55,278 nt of DNA from Octopus sinensis (Eukaryota), in contig NW_021833719.1 of the NCBI RefSeq assembly GCF_006345805.1, positions 1 through 55,278 on the forward strand, read 5' to 3'. Both the position numbers and the translations under genes were made by a program. Within the stretch, counting starts at the first letter, position 1, and the number at the start of each line of letters is the position of its first letter. A model generated the notes under the pieces. That model saw only the letters and a list, made by a program, of their open reading frames with translations. It was not told where the DNA came from and ran no database searches. Shown here piece by piece: positions 24,031 through 36,789 of this stretch.

Positions 24031-24409
24031 CCTCCACTGCCCTCCACATCCTCGATGCTCTGCCGTATCAGGAATTGCAAGAACAGAGAAGGTATTTACG
24101 TCCGCTCGTGACAACACAGGGACTTTAAAAGAATTAGCGAACGGATGGTACGAGCAGCAGGTTAATACTCGCTCGTTAGTGACGGCTGCACCTTTTAAAA
24201 AATAAAAAACATGGACAAAACGTTTTGGAGATTTGTTTGGATTATTTTTAAAAGTAACTTTTATACTCTTAATTAATTAATTAACTAATTGATTAATTGA
24301 TTAATTTTTTACAGATTTTTAAATATCTGATGCTTCAAAAAAAGAGAAACGTTTTTCTTTTTAGGATTTAGAATTCACTTGAATAAGTGAATTTTTGTGT
24401 TGTGCTGTG

Positions 24410-24443
24410 TGTGTGTGCGTGCGTGCGTGCGTGCGTACGTACG

Positions 24444-24491
<48 letters not shown>

Positions 24492-24548
24492 TGTGGCATG
24501 TTTATGGTGTTGAGTGAGATGGTTGGTTGGTTGGTTGGTTGGGCTGGC
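24410..24548. repeat. (GCGT)n and (TTGG)n tetranucleotide repeats
   Basis: Direct reading. Confidence 0.9.
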
Positions 24549-25959
24549 TGGTTGCTCGGTTAATCGGTTCTGTAGCATGACTGATAAGAAGGAAGCCATC
24601 AGATTTGGTCGGTGCCATTCTTAGTCTGTTGATGCGGAACCTGGTCCTTAGGTGATCTGTTCAGATTTGGCGTAAGATGTGCCACAGCCATCGCGAATTT
24701 TGGGGCTGGGTGGTGAATGAGTGTGAAATAATCAGCGTTTGAGGCCCTCTGTGTGTACGTGTGTGTATGCGTGTGTGCGTATGTGTGTGTACGTGTGTGC
24801 GTGCGCATGCCCGTATCCGTGCTTGCCCTCGGACCATACATAATGAGCTGTATTATGTTATGTTTTAAGAAAATCGTCAACTTCAACCCATGAATTCTAT
24901 GGTTTTAGTGAAGCAAACATCGAAAATGCTTTTCTTTCTCGTCGGAAGAAATCTAATTTCCACCCGAAATGGTGTCATCTTATCAGTTTGTGGACGGGTG
25001 GCTTCAGAACTCTGTAAATTTCTGGGGGTTTTTTTGTTTTGTTTTCTGTAGAATCTCTTAAATTTACGTAACTTACATTATACTGAAGCCGTAGTGATTA
25101 TAAATGGTTTTCTTCAGAGACACATCGTATTCCGAACATTATTGTCACTTCTGTAGAACTCTGAATTTTCTTCATTTCGGTTTGTTGTCTCTTATCGGTT
25201 TTATGTTTTAAATATTTTTGGAGCGAGGTTCTGCCCCAATTCTCTCATTTCCCTGTATCTAATCTAATGGCCTTAGCGTTACTTAATTTTCGTCAAGTTA
25301 CCGTGGCTTTGACACATAACAAACAAATCTTTTACATCTTAATTGAATTAATGAACATTTTTATTAGGGTTCCTCACACGAACATCGTCCCCTGTTTCAA
25401 GCCATGGTTTATCATTTCTATCCCATTATACGACAGATTTATTAAAGGGTCTGAGATATGTTGAAGGGAACAAAAAATAGGGTGTCTCTCTCAAAGAATC
25501 CAGAACTGGTTCTCATCGTTTTTTAGAAATAAGACTGTTTCCATTCTGACATTGCATAATTGACGTGAATAATGGAGCCGTTTTATCTGTTATGAAATAT
25601 CTCCAATATCCAAGTGTTAATCAAGTTAACCTATCAAACACTTTTCGCTAATCAAGCCAAGCGTTTATTTATTTATGTATTTAGTTTTCACTGTCTTTCT
25701 CGTTTCTGCCCATTTCAATAGTCACTATTTTTTTTAAGACCGTGCATCAGTTTCCAGCACCGTTCCTCCTCCTCCTCTGATATACATTATTGCAGAACCC
25801 GCATGGTCTTAAAGAAGACAAAACTTATAAATTTAAATCAGGATGTATTTTCACTGTAAAATTTCACTTCACCTGTTCGTAAAAAAAGAAAAACAATAAT
25901 TTTTTTTTTATTGAATACCATGGATGTAATGAAAATTACACAAAACAAACAAAACTTAC

Positions 25960-26150
25960 CTCGAGAAAGAAACTGACTATTCATCGTCAACAAATACGAG
26001 ATCCTAACACTCGACAGATTCCAGTAAGTGAACATTTATGTGAAGCAAACAAATCCTTAGAATTCTAGGCCCTCTTTTCATTACCTTTATTCTGAAAAAG
26101 CCTGGTGTTATTGGATATATTTCACATTCTACAGAGAATTTTATGTTTAT
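25960..26150 (+). pseudogene. PLE GIY-YIG C-terminal fragment
   Basis: KLTIHRQQIRDPNTRQIPVSEHL resembles the post-GIY-YIG R..H...SEH segment of PLEs. Confidence 0.5.
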
Positions 26151-26992
26151 TAAAAAAAAAATACAGACCAGGATGGAATAAGCTGCAACATCATATCAGA
26201 TACATTTACTAACAACTACAACACCAAGACATTATACTATAGTTGTTCACATTGAGACACACAAACACAGAAAACAATATTCATACACATACAGGTGCAT
26301 AACATACGCATTCAAACATGCACACACATATGAACATACACAACCTCTTCTGAGCTCTTCTGACAACCTGTTATTCCTAGCGTTGCCTTGATCCACCTCT
26401 CATGGATTCTCTTTTGACCTTTCATTTATTATCTTACTGGTCTTGTGGTTCTTTCTGTCGCGTTTCTTTCTTTTGTGGTGGTTGTATTGTGTGAAGTAGG
26501 CTCTGCTGTGATATTTCCTTAGTTTGCGGCAGATAAACAGTTTTTATGTGCAGTCAATAGCTCTCCTTTATATCCGCATATATTTATTCTTTGCGATTTC
26601 CGTATATTCGATAACATGTTTGAATTGATATATTTTCTCACATCTTTGTTATCTTTTCCTCTCCACGATTCAATCTGTTTCTTTTATATTACTTGTCCGT
26701 GTTGTTTGCAAAGCAGATATGCAGCAGCAATGTATCATCTCAATTATATTATTGTAGATTGATCCAATACCCTCTTTTAAATCTATTTATTTATTTGGGC
26801 GAATTCAACAACATTAAGTGGGACTTTTTGTCCCGAATGACCATTTCCAGAGGTCATTGCTTTCGAACCACATCTTACAATACTTTTTGGCATTAGGATA
26901 TTATCGATTTGTCCCTCTCTCTCAAATTTGCTGAACTTATGCCAAAATTTGAAGCTAGTGTTGTCGTTGTTGTTGCTGTTCCTTTTCTTGTC

Positions 26993-27288
26993 GAAGGTAT
27001 AAAAGGTAAAGTTGACCTCGGTGGGATTTGAACTCAGAACATAAAGAGCCGGACGAAATATTGCTAAACATTCTGATGTGCTGACGCTTCCGCCAGTTCG
27101 CCACTTGACTTATTATTGTAGGAACAAGTTTTGGGGATTTTGTAGAATCGTTTGGAAAAATGGTGAACGGCGTTTCTTCCGGATTTTTAGGCCTTGAATT
27201 CCGCCGAGATCCACTTTTCCTTTTCGTTCTTTCGGGGCTGATAAAATAAGTACCAGTTAAACACTGGGGTCAATGCAGTCGACTTACC
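26993..27288. mobile_element. Two type A SINE fragments (26993-27117 minus; 27195-27288 plus)
   Basis: AAAGGTAAAGTTGACCTCGGTGGGATTTGAACTCAGAAC and TTCGGGGCTGATAAAATAAGTACCAG. Confidence 0.7.
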
Positions 27289-27416
27289 TTGTCTTCCTCG
27301 AAACTGCTGGCCTTGTGTCGAAACCTGAACGAATTCCAGGAACACAGAGTCGTTTGTTCTTTCTTCTCTTAAATTTCTGGTTGTTGTTTCTGCGAAAGAA
27401 GTCGATACAAGACACC

Positions 27417-27635
27417 GAGCTGGCAGCATGGTTAGCAGGCCGGACGAAATGCTTAGCGGCATTTCGTCCGTCTTCACGTTCTGCGTCCAAATTCTGCCGA
27501 GGTCGACTTTACCCTTCATCCTTTCGGGGGGTGGGGTCAATAAAAGAAGTTCGAGTTGAGCAGTGAGGTCGATGTAATCGACATGACCCTCTCCCCTGAA
27601 CTCACTGGCCTTATACCCAAAATTTGAAATCAATA
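27417..27635 (+). mobile_element. Type A SINE, near full length
   Basis: GAGCTGGCAGCATGGTTAGCAGGCCGGACGAAATGCTTAGCGG...GAGGTCGACTTTACCCTTCATCCTTTCGGGG...CCAAAATTTGAAATCAAT. Confidence 0.8.
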
Positions 27636-27898
27636 TATACGACGCATGTTGTGTGGTTTGCCATAACCTATGAGCGTTCTGTTTGTTTAGGTTTATCTCT
27701 CGTGTTCACAGTCGAGTAATGGACGCCGTTATTGCGTTTAGATTTCAATTCATATTCTTCTTTTATCGGATTCACTACAACAATTATTAATATTGTCGGG
27801 ATCTTTTCACTTTACTTTCATATCCAGCTACATCTTGTTTATTTCCATTTCAAAGTCAATGTGCTTTGATAGTCTTAGCCACTTCCTTCCGGACGATG

Positions 27899-27937
<39 letters not shown>

Positions 27938-27994
27938 ACACATGCGCACACACATAAACAAACACACACACACACATATATATATATATTTACA

Positions 27995-28026
<32 letters not shown>

Positions 28027-28689
28027 GTAAAGGTTCCAGATGGCCATCAGTGTGCATATGTTTTCCTTTGTGTCTTTAATTGCATACCTGGATGGTTCCC
28101 TTTGATCTTCCTGCCAATCTGGATAGGGTTGGGGAGGGGGCCACTTCGAAGTCTATGGAAGCCATGTCATTGTTAAAGACCAGTTTTTGTGCCTGTTTAT
28201 GCCATCGATTTTTACCTTTGATCTGCAACTGTCAGAATATTGCCAATGGATTTACACACACACACACATATATATATACATACATACATACATACACACA
28301 TACACACACATGTGCGTGTGTGTGTGTGTCTGCGTGTCTGTGTTTGTGTGTGTGTCTGCGTGTCTGTGTTTGTGTGTATGTATGTGTGAGTGCATATATA
28401 TATATATATACCGGGTAGATAGCTATCTACCCAATCAGTTCTGTGCGTATTCTGGGTAACCGGAAATAAAGTGGTTGATTGTTTTTCGTTTTTTTCTTCT
28501 TTTTTTTTTACCTTTTTGCTTTTGCTTTTTCTATCACTGCGAATGGACATTTTGCGGTTCCTGCTTCTCTTTTATTTTAGTATTTTAACTGAATAAAGTT
28601 CTTTTCTAACCAAATAATATTATTGGGTAGCTGATATAACTTAAACCTTTAGTTTCTTTCTCTAATCCAGACCTCTTTATCATTATTAT

Positions 28690-29216
28690 TGAGTGAGAGA
28701 GCAGTGCATGCCATCAAAGTGACACTGTGGTAAAATATACGAAACCCAGTATACCCATCATGACTACCCGTCTGATAAGGGTACATCAAGCTCATGCATC
28801 ACAACCATATGTGCACGACATGGTGATCTGATAACATGATAAACAGCACATGAACTTGCAGGTGGGGCCCAGTTAGAATTTTCTTCAGGTTGAGCAAGGG
28901 TCCCTGAATAAGAATTGTTTAAGGATGTTGAATGAAACACCCATATTTCCAAAGGTGACTTATCCAAACCCCAAAGAATCCCTCTATGATGCTCCCCCAC
29001 TACTTCAGCTCGTGATCAGAGATGCACATATCGTCACCCACTAAGGGACATGCTCAACTGGTTAAGGTCAAACAACTGACAAGCAAATCTGTGGTACTGA
29101 GCAGAATATTTGCTCTAGCCATCTTTTATACCAAGACAAAACAATGTACATGATAACACTTCCAATCAGTTAAGATCAAAAGCAATGAGAGCCACTGCCC
29201 GGTACTGCATCAGGGT
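28690..29216 (-). mobile_element. Family X, full-length copy
   Basis: Reverse complement of 6602-7104; flanked by ATT repeats on the left and (ATC)n(ATT)n at 29217-29327. Confidence 0.85.
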
Positions 29217-29241
29217 ATCATCATCATCATCATCATCATCA

Positions 29242-29327
<86 letters not shown>

Positions 29328-29542
29328 TCTCTATCACAGGTTTTGTTGAAGCTACTGGAGTCTTGCGTGCGTAGCGGGCTTGCTACCTGCAGCCTACGGT
29401 ACCATGCTAGCCGCTCTTTTCAGTTATCTAATACTTTCATGAATATTGTGGCCGTGCCAAGGGGGATAACCCTAACCCTAACAGTTCTACAGGGCACCCT
29501 ATTCCAGCTTCCTTTATATTCCTCTTGATGCCTTTATTATTT

Positions 29543-29702
29543 AAGGCAGCGAACTGGCAGAATCGTTAACACGCCGATTTCAACTTTGCCTTTCATCCTT
29601 TCGGGGTTGATAAATTAAGTACCAGTGAAACACTGGGGTCGATAGAATCCACTCATCCCCTCCCCCAATATTTCAGGCTTTGTGCCTTTAGTACAAAGGA
29701 TT
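29543..29702 (+). mobile_element. Type A SINE with an internal deletion
   Basis: Head AAGGCAGCGAACTGGCAGAATCGTTAAC joined directly to CAACTTTGCCTTTCATCCTTTCGGGG. Confidence 0.75.
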
Positions 29703-29918
29703 ATGACTTTTTTGGTGTTGTTATTGTTGTTGTTTCCGTGGTGGTGGTGATATCTTTAGTTTACTTGTAAAAAGAGTCAAGAAAGGATTGTTACATAAAT
29801 TTGTTACAGAAGCCTTTAAAATTTTCTTTCCACGCATCACATTTTCAATCCAAAATAATTACCAAACACTATTTACATTATTTACATTCGACGGATATTT
29901 GTCCTCATCTTGTTTATT

Positions 29919-29964
29919 AACACAATGTTTCGGCTGATATACCCTCCAGCCTTCATCAGGTGTC
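29919..29964 (-). ncRNA. Minimal type I hammerhead motif of the PLE pLTR (family 6)
   Basis: GACAC-CTGATGA-A-GGCTG(GAGGGTATAT)CAGCC-GAAA-CA-T-T-GTGTT. Canonical core; CA likely from CG decay of the AACGTT palindrome (CG is retained at 51371). Confidence 0.8.
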
Positions 29965-30030
29965 TTGGGGAAATTTCGAACCTGGGTTCTCATTCCTAAG
30001 GTATCTTTCGATGTTATTATTAATTGTTCA

Positions 30031-30097
30031 GGTTACTGCCTGGAAACGAACTCGGAATCTTGGGGTTAGTAGCCTGCGCTCTTAACCACTACGGCAA
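30031..30097 (-). promoter_or_regulatory. tRNA-like segment with A- and B-box-like motifs inside the PLE 3' repeat
   Basis: Minus strand TTGCCGTAGTGGTTAAGAGCGCAGGCTACTAACCCCAAGATTCCGAGTTCGTTTCCAGGCAGT. Not a bona fide tRNA gene: acceptor and anticodon stems are imperfect. Confidence 0.6.
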
Positions 30098-30121
30098 TTA
30101 TGGAGTGAATTTTAGGACTTA

Positions 30122-31008
30122 TCAATCTAATATTCTCCTATCCTTCCTTAATACTGGTTCCCATTTGCTGCTCATATCTGCACTCGGTCTGCTTAGGAGG
30201 TTGTTGTGTCCTAGCATATGTGCTGCTTCTTTTAATTTTCGCATTTTCCTGTGGTGTTCTCTGTCTATTATTTTAACTTCATCCCACAGGGAGAGGTGAT
30301 CTCCATCTTTCCATACATGATCAGCTATACCCGATTTATCAATATCTCCTCATGTCACAGCTTTGCCGTGTTCGTCTACCCTTATTTTGAGGCGGGGAGC
30401 GCATGTTTCGGCATTGTATAACCTACCACAGCTGCATGGGATGGAGTACACGCAGTTTTTGGTCATATTCTCTTCTATTGGTGGTTTTACTCGAAGGAGA
30501 TATTTGTGAAGTGCTGTATTACTCTTGAATACTGTTCTGATGTCATATAGGCCGCATATCTTTTGTATCTTTTCGGAGAGGCCTTTCATATTGGGTAGAC
30601 TGACTGTGGTCAGTTTATGGATTTTATCCTCTCTTTTTTTTTTCATAATTGGAGTGGATAGTATGTTTTTGGGGTAGTTGTTGCTTAATAGATTGTTACT
30701 GAGCTTGATGATTTCTTCGTGGTGGGTATCACGATCGCTACTTATATTCATAGCTCGATGTTTTAGGCACTGAGCAATTCCTCTCTATACACTGTATGGA
30801 TGGCGGGAATTGAAGCTGAGGTATCATCCAATGAAAGTTAGCTTGTGGTATACGGATGTCCTGAATCCATACTTGGCGCGTGTTATTAATACGTCCAGGA
30901 ATGCTATCTGATTATCTTTTTCCTTTTCCATTGTGAAGTGTATGGATGGCATTATTGAGTTCACGTGATCTAACAGCACTTGGACATCTTCCTGGCCCCA
31001 CCAAACGA
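30122..31008 (-). pseudogene. PLE RT C-terminus plus GIY-YIG endonuclease
   Basis: HVNSIMPSIHFTMEKEKDNQIAFLDVLI...TSVYHK; YLSFNSRHP; ORF 30350-30751 with NCVYSIPCSCGRLYNAET (GVY.IPC.CG..YIGET type); RVDEH; SGIADHVW. Confidence 0.92.
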
Positions 31009-31350
31009 ATCTAACCTCTCAGCTACGTAGAACCGATGAAGGTGAGTACAAGATGGCTCTGGATAGTAAGGCTCGTGTAGGTCAACGCAAGCCACATAGT
31101 GTTATTGATTTGGAAGCGACATCAATTCTCGTTCTGAATTCAAACCGACCCCCTCTCTCTACATGGAGTGTCACCACCAATAGATATCCTGTCCTAGCAG
31201 GGGGTCCAAAGAATTCAAAACGGGGACCGATGTCGCCGCCAAATTAATAATACTATGTTGCTTGCGTTGACCAGCAGCAGCCCAGTACCAAGCAGCCATC
31301 CTGGACTCCCTTCATTCAATTCTACGCGCCTGACGAGTTTGGTTCGTTTG
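31003..31350. repeat. Diverged inverted repeat (about 145-bp arms) at the PLE 5' truncation point
   Basis: GGTCAACGCAAGCCACATAGTGTTATTGATTTGGAAGCGACATC (about 31079-31122) vs GATGTCGCCGCCAAATTAATAATACTATGTTGCTTGCGTTGACC (about 31229-31272). Confidence 0.75.
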
Positions 31351-31549
31351 ACGAGTGTACTAAACTTCTGTAACTCCTACGAAATGTGTTGAGTGCCGCT
31401 TTCTTTCGTTTGTCCACTTACTCTTACATGTATATGTGTGTATGTGTGTGTGTGTGTGGGGGGGGGGGTATGAATATGCAGTAAACTTTAAAATCTGAGT
31501 ATTTCTCTTGTGTATATATATGTATATGTGTGCGTATAGTTGAAATTTA

Positions 31550-31740
31550 TAGAAAACCAAAGGACGAAGACAGGTGTAGGGACAACAGAGTGTAGGGACA
31601 AACAGTTTGACGCTCGGGAAAAATAGAAAAGTCTTTTACGTTTCGAGCCTACGCCCTTCGACAGAAAGGAATAAGAAAAAATAAATAGAGAGAATGAAAA
31701 AAATAAACGTGTAGATTTCAGCAGTTTAACATGGTGGATA
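31550..31740 (-). mobile_element. HHR-bearing short element (family 7)
   Basis: HHR 31634-31668 (-): CTTT-CTGTCGA-A-GGGC-GTAG-GCTC-GAAA-CG-T-A-AAAG; second copy at 40680-40870. Confidence 0.7.
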
Positions 31741-32109
31741 TACATACATACATACATACATACATACATACATACATACATACATACATACATACATACA
31801 TACATACTACATACATACATATATATGTATATACATAAACATACATACATACATATATGTGTATATGTGTGTATACGTATGTGTTGTGTGCATTTGTGTA
31901 TTTTATTTTGTTTTTGCCGTTGTTCTTTGATTCCAAGTCCATTTTAATAGTGCAAAACTATCATTAGAGACATTCCAGCAATGACCATCTCGTATTTAAC
32001 AATGTTATCTAATATTAATAAAGATATGAAGATGACAGACATTTTTCAGGGAGATTTGTCATCTATTTCTAGAGGCCACGCGGAGGCTCCCGCACCATTC
32101 CCGCTCACT

Positions 32110-32140
<31 letters not shown>

Positions 32141-32339
32141 TCCATCCCCCCACCCTCTCTGGCTCCTGCATGTATGACTATGGTCACAGTTACAGACCCA
32201 GCTATTAGTCAATTTTCACTTGGAATTGATCGGAAATAAGAAGGAGGGAGGGAGAGGTGGGAGGTAGGGGTTGGTGTATTGTCATGTAATGGCTCTTTGT
32301 TGCCTGGCAACCAGTCACACCGCAGCGTCACTGCTGCTT

Positions 32340-32515
32340 TGTATATCACACACACACACACACATACACACACGCACGCACATACTACACACTATAAAAG
32401 CATACTACACAGAGTACATTACACACACACACACACACCACGAACATTTAAAACACGTACACACTCTATATACACACAACATTTTATCTATCTACCTATC
32501 TACATCTCACTCCCT

Positions 32516-32560
<45 letters not shown>

Positions 32561-32743
32561 CCTATCTACATCTCCCTCTCTCTCTCTCTCTCTCTTTATA
32601 TATATATATATATATATATCGATCTATCTATCTACATCTCCCTCCTCCCTCTATCTATCTATCTATCTATCCATCTCGTCCTCACTCTTTCGCATTTTCT
32701 CTCATTCACTCACTCACACACATCCATATTCCATTCGCTGCTA

Positions 32744-32778
<35 letters not shown>

Positions 32779-33095
32779 TAGTTCCACAAACTCGATCTCC
32801 TCCTACTTTCTCGTTCCCCCCTCCCCGCTCTCTCTCTCTCTCTCTCTCTCGCATTTTTGACTCGGTGCAATATATACGCGCGCGCACAACACACTCTCAC
32901 TCACAGAAGTGCTCTGCCTCCCCTCCCCCCTCCCACACCCCCAGCCTAACTTGTGTTTACAACATACAAAGACTAAGAGGAAATCACGTGTTTTGCACTT
33001 TAAACTAAAGAATATGAAATGTGTCCATCAGAAAGAGAGACAACAAAAACTAACTGAAGCAGAGATGGCCTCTATCCATCTATCTATCTATCTCC

Positions 33096-33130
<35 letters not shown>

Positions 33131-33158
33131 ATCTATCTATCTATCTATAAATACATAC

Positions 33159-33212
<54 letters not shown>

Positions 33213-33650
33213 GTGTGTGTGTGTATGCATATATATCATATATGCGTTCATCTGTTTGCCTATCTATCTATCTACCTACCTACCTATCTATCTATATATC
33301 TATCTATCTATCTATATCTATCTACCTATCTATCTATCTATCTATCTATCTACCTATCTCTGAGTCTACCTGTCTGACGGTCTATTTACCTACATATCTA
33401 CCAATCTATTTGTTTAGCTATTTCCCTATTCATCTATCAACTTATTTACCTATCTGGTACCAACCTTACATATTCAATTACCTTTCTGTCTCTATGTCTA
33501 TTTTCGTATCTATCTTTCTATCTACCCGTCTATCTGTCGATCTACCAACTTACCCATCTGCCTTCCCATCAACGTACATACCTGTGTGTCTATTTGTTAA
33601 TCAATCGATCAATCTATCTATCTATCTACCTATCTGTCTCTCTATCTATA
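32340..33650. repeat. (CA)n/(CT)n/(CTAT)n compound microsatellite field
   Basis: Direct reading; the 193-278 aa ORFs here are low-complexity artefacts. Confidence 0.9.
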
Positions 33651-33659
33651 TGTATGTGA

Positions 33660-33985
33660 GCTCAAAATCTCTCGTGGAAGCGCCATCCAACCAAAATGCA
33701 AATATATGGGAAACTACCACCTGTGTCATCTCTTGTGAAAGGTAGAAGAGTCCAGTTTGCTGGACATTGTTGTAGAGCTGAAAAAGAAGTAATTTCTACT
33801 CTTCTCCTCTGGAAGCCATCTACTCGCAATACCAGAGGGCGCGCACTCTCCTATCCTGATGTAATCTCCAGGGATACAGGCATCCAGCAACAGGACCTCC
33901 GTAATGCCATGATGGACCGTGAAGTCTGGCGTAGCATGGTAAATTCCATTGTCTCGACCACGGTCGAACAATGATGATGATATGT
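33660..33985 (+). mobile_element. RTE-group LINE 3' end
   Basis: WKRHPTKMQIYGKLPPVSSLVKGRRVQFAGHCCRA...LLLWKP...GRALSYPDVISRDTG...AMMDREVWR; (ATG)n tail. Confidence 0.8.
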
Positions 33986-34084
33986 ATGTGAGTTAATAAG
34001 TGTGCGTGTACGTGTATGTGTTGGCACGCACGGGCGCACGCGCACATACATATCAATAATAACAATGATGATGATGATGTTCTT

Positions 34085-34258
34085 TCCGATTTAGGCGCAA
34101 GGGTTTGTTAGTCGATTACTTAACCGGTAAATTATTTAATCGACTCCAAAAGAAAGAAAGGCAGCGGTGGCTTCGGTTGCATTTGAACTTAGAATGTAAA
34201 AGAGCCGGATGAAATGTGATAAGATATTTTGTCCGACTTTTTAACGATTCTGCCAATC
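34085..34258 (-). mobile_element. Degenerate type A SINE
   Basis: GCATTTGAACTTAGAATGTAAA...AACGATTCTGCCA. Confidence 0.6.
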
Positions 34259-34489
34259 CATCTACATGTGTGCATTTGTTTATGTGTGTGTGTGTGTGTG
34301 TGTGTGTGTATTTTCTTGATATTTATTGATATTCATCCGTCTCTTCCTGCCGAACCGCTCAATGAGATTCACCTAACGAACTAATGTGTAAATCTAGTGT
34401 TAACACACCTATGACTAGAAAATCTTACATAAGTTTAACAAGAATTAGATAAAAAGTTGGATATTATACACACCTATATTCATTTCAAA

Positions 34490-34630
34490 ATTTCTCTATA
34501 TATCTGGAGCCTAATGAATAAAAATATCCAATTGGACATCCAAAGGAATATTTAAACAAAGGTCAAATCTTTTAATGGCAATGGAAGGTCTGCAGATTTG
34601 TGTGTTACGAAAGCAAGGAAGATCTTTTTC
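34490..34630 (+). pseudogene. Possible PLE C-terminal fragment
   Basis: Frameshifted YIWSLMNKNIQLDI...DLCVTK resembles the LSKYIW.LK...CNLCL.EK tail of some PLEs. Confidence 0.35.
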
Positions 34631-34919
34631 ACTAAGGATTCAATCTTAAATAGGAGTTCTGAACTTCTTTGTGCATGTAAACATAATACTTACGAGACAT
34701 ACTTTCGCCACAATTCCAGCGGGAACTTAAACGGATGAGAACCTTCTTTTTCTGTATTTCTATTCCATTCCGATATTCTCTATCTTTTCGAAGGAATAAC
34801 TTTAACGAATTCATTCAGTGAAATCTGAATTTGAGCCTTCGATTGGTGGTTAAAGAGACCAGCAGTTCTCAACGGCGTTCCATATGACTCCAGGGAGGGT
34901 CCATATGAAATTTAGTGGT

Positions 34920-35078
34920 AAGGTTCTAGAAAAATACGGCAGCCCAATCTCCCTCTGCATAGAAAATAACTGGAAGAGATACATGGGTGACTGTTTCTTT
35001 CTTTGGCATGAAAGTATAGGGAGACTTAAAGAATGCCAAGCACTTTTAAATGGACTTGACGTAAATATTCAATTCATA
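34920..35078 (+). pseudogene. PLE reverse transcriptase fragment
   Basis: NNWKRYMGDCFFLWHESIGRLKECQALLNGLDVNIQF (W.RY.DD.F..W...LN......I.F pattern). Confidence 0.7.
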
Positions 35079-35117
35079 TATATACATACATATGCGTGTG
35101 TGTGCGTGTATATGTAT

Positions 35118-35204
35118 ATGATGGGCTTCTTTCAGTTTCCATCAACCAAATCGACTCATAAGGCTTTGGCTAATCCGAGCTTATAATGGAAGGCACTTGT
35201 CCTT
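35118..35204 (-). mobile_element. Type B SINE CORE fragment
   Basis: GGGCTTCTTTCAGTTTCCATCAACCAAATCGACTCATAAGGCTTTGG. Confidence 0.7.
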
Positions 35205-35768
35205 ATATTTATTCTCCTAGTAAGTGTTTGTGTATGTACATGTGTTTCTGTGTATGTATATGTATGTGTGCGTGTGTGTGTGTGTGTGTGTGCGTGCGTG
35301 TGTGTGTGTGCGCGCTCTCTCTCTCTGTCTCTCTGTATATATATGTGTGTGTGTGTGTGGTGTGTGTGTGTGTGTGTGTGGGTGTGAATATGAGTGTTCA
35401 CTTAACACGAAATAACCTTGTTTGTTTAGTTTGTCTCTGACTCTTTGACGCCGTGTGTCATGGAGGAATTCCTTTAACTGTTGAGAATCAGATTGGTTCC
35501 AAGACGTTTCAAACACAAAGAAATATTTTGGAATCTCTCAACTGTGTTTAGACATTCAAGATATTTGCTCTCAGAGGAGATCCTCTATTGATCTCTGAGC
35601 TCTTTGATTTTAAAATATTTCTGCATCCGTCGGTCTGTCTGTCTGTCTCTCTATCTATCGCTATGCGCGCACGCGCACACTCACACTTACATACGTACAT
35701 ATATATATGTGTGTGTATATACACTATATATACACGCTATATACTATCTATATGTATGTATATACATA

Positions 35769-35905
<137 letters not shown>

Positions 35906-36127
35906 ATTTGCATAAATCTGCAAAGTTTGTATCTCTCTGTCAATTTATGTATTAATGTATGCATTTTTACACACTCACACACACACACAAAATACTAAAC
36001 ATATGTGTGTGTGTGGGAGTCTTTTAATATATTGAATTAATGCTTCAAAAATTATATAAATACAACCGCTCAATTTAAGAGCTCCCTCGGTAACATATCG
36101 TTAAATTGTAATTAATATGGCATCGCT

Positions 36128-36316
36128 TTGAGGTGGCCAGCCAGCAGAATGTTCAGCACACCAGGCCAAGCGCTTAACGGCATTTTGTCTGCCTTTACGT
36201 TGTGAGTTCAAATGACACTGAGATCGACTTTGCCTTTCATCTTTTTGGAGTGAATATCCTAGGGTCGATGAAGTCGACATGACTGCTGGCTTTGTGCCAA
36301 AATTTGAAACCAATAT
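36128..36316 (+). mobile_element. Type A SINE, degenerate
   Basis: GAGTTCAAATGACACTGAGATCGACTTTGCCTTTCATC...CCAAAATTTGAAACCAAT. Confidence 0.7.
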
Positions 36317-36367
36317 ATCATTATTTCGATGCAATGGTCATAAATGGAATGAGTGCTGCATCTAGAT

Positions 36368-36631
36368 CAGTGATTCTCAAACGGGGTCCATATGACTATT
36401 AGCGATCCATGATTTTATTTTTAAGATTTATATCCAATAAATTGGTTTATTATCCAACAACACCCAAAATATTTTAGTAATGTTTTAATGCAATTCCTGA
36501 TAATATTTAGTTGTAAAAATAAAAAAGAAAGTAATTTTTAAAAATCGAATGAATATAGGGGTCCAGTTGAATAAAAGAGAAATCAAAGGGATTCATAAGT
36601 AGGGGGGGGGGGAAATGGTCGCGAAACACTG
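36368..36631. mobile_element. hAT (Charlie/Buster-like) MITE
   Basis: Ends CAGTGATTCTCAAAC...GTCGCGAAACACTG; 8-bp flanks ATCTAGAT/ATCGAGAG (6/8 match, TCTAGA-type target). A similar left end CAGCAGTTCTCAAC lies at about 34860. Confidence 0.6.
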
Positions 36632-36732
36632 ATCGAGAGGAATTGACTTGTTTCACTCAGAGTAACAGGTTTTGTTGAATTTCCTGCCGCTTTTGAATAA
36701 AGTATATACATATATATATATATATATTATAT

Positions 36733-36768
<36 letters not shown>

Positions 36769-36789
36769 ATATATATATATATATATATA

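Larger units (their letters stand above)
29870..31008 (-). mobile_element. Penelope-like retroelement, 5'-truncated, with a 3' pLTR
   Basis: RT thumb, linker and GIY-YIG coding remnant at 30122-31008, then a tRNA-like segment and an HHR in the 3' repeat. Confidence 0.9.

Noticed and set aside
20428-30097. tRNA genes at SINE heads (20428, 22952, 23885, 27417, 30031)
   Set aside because: Only A/B-box-like remnants are present. The cloverleaves are incomplete and continue into SINE or pLTR bodies.
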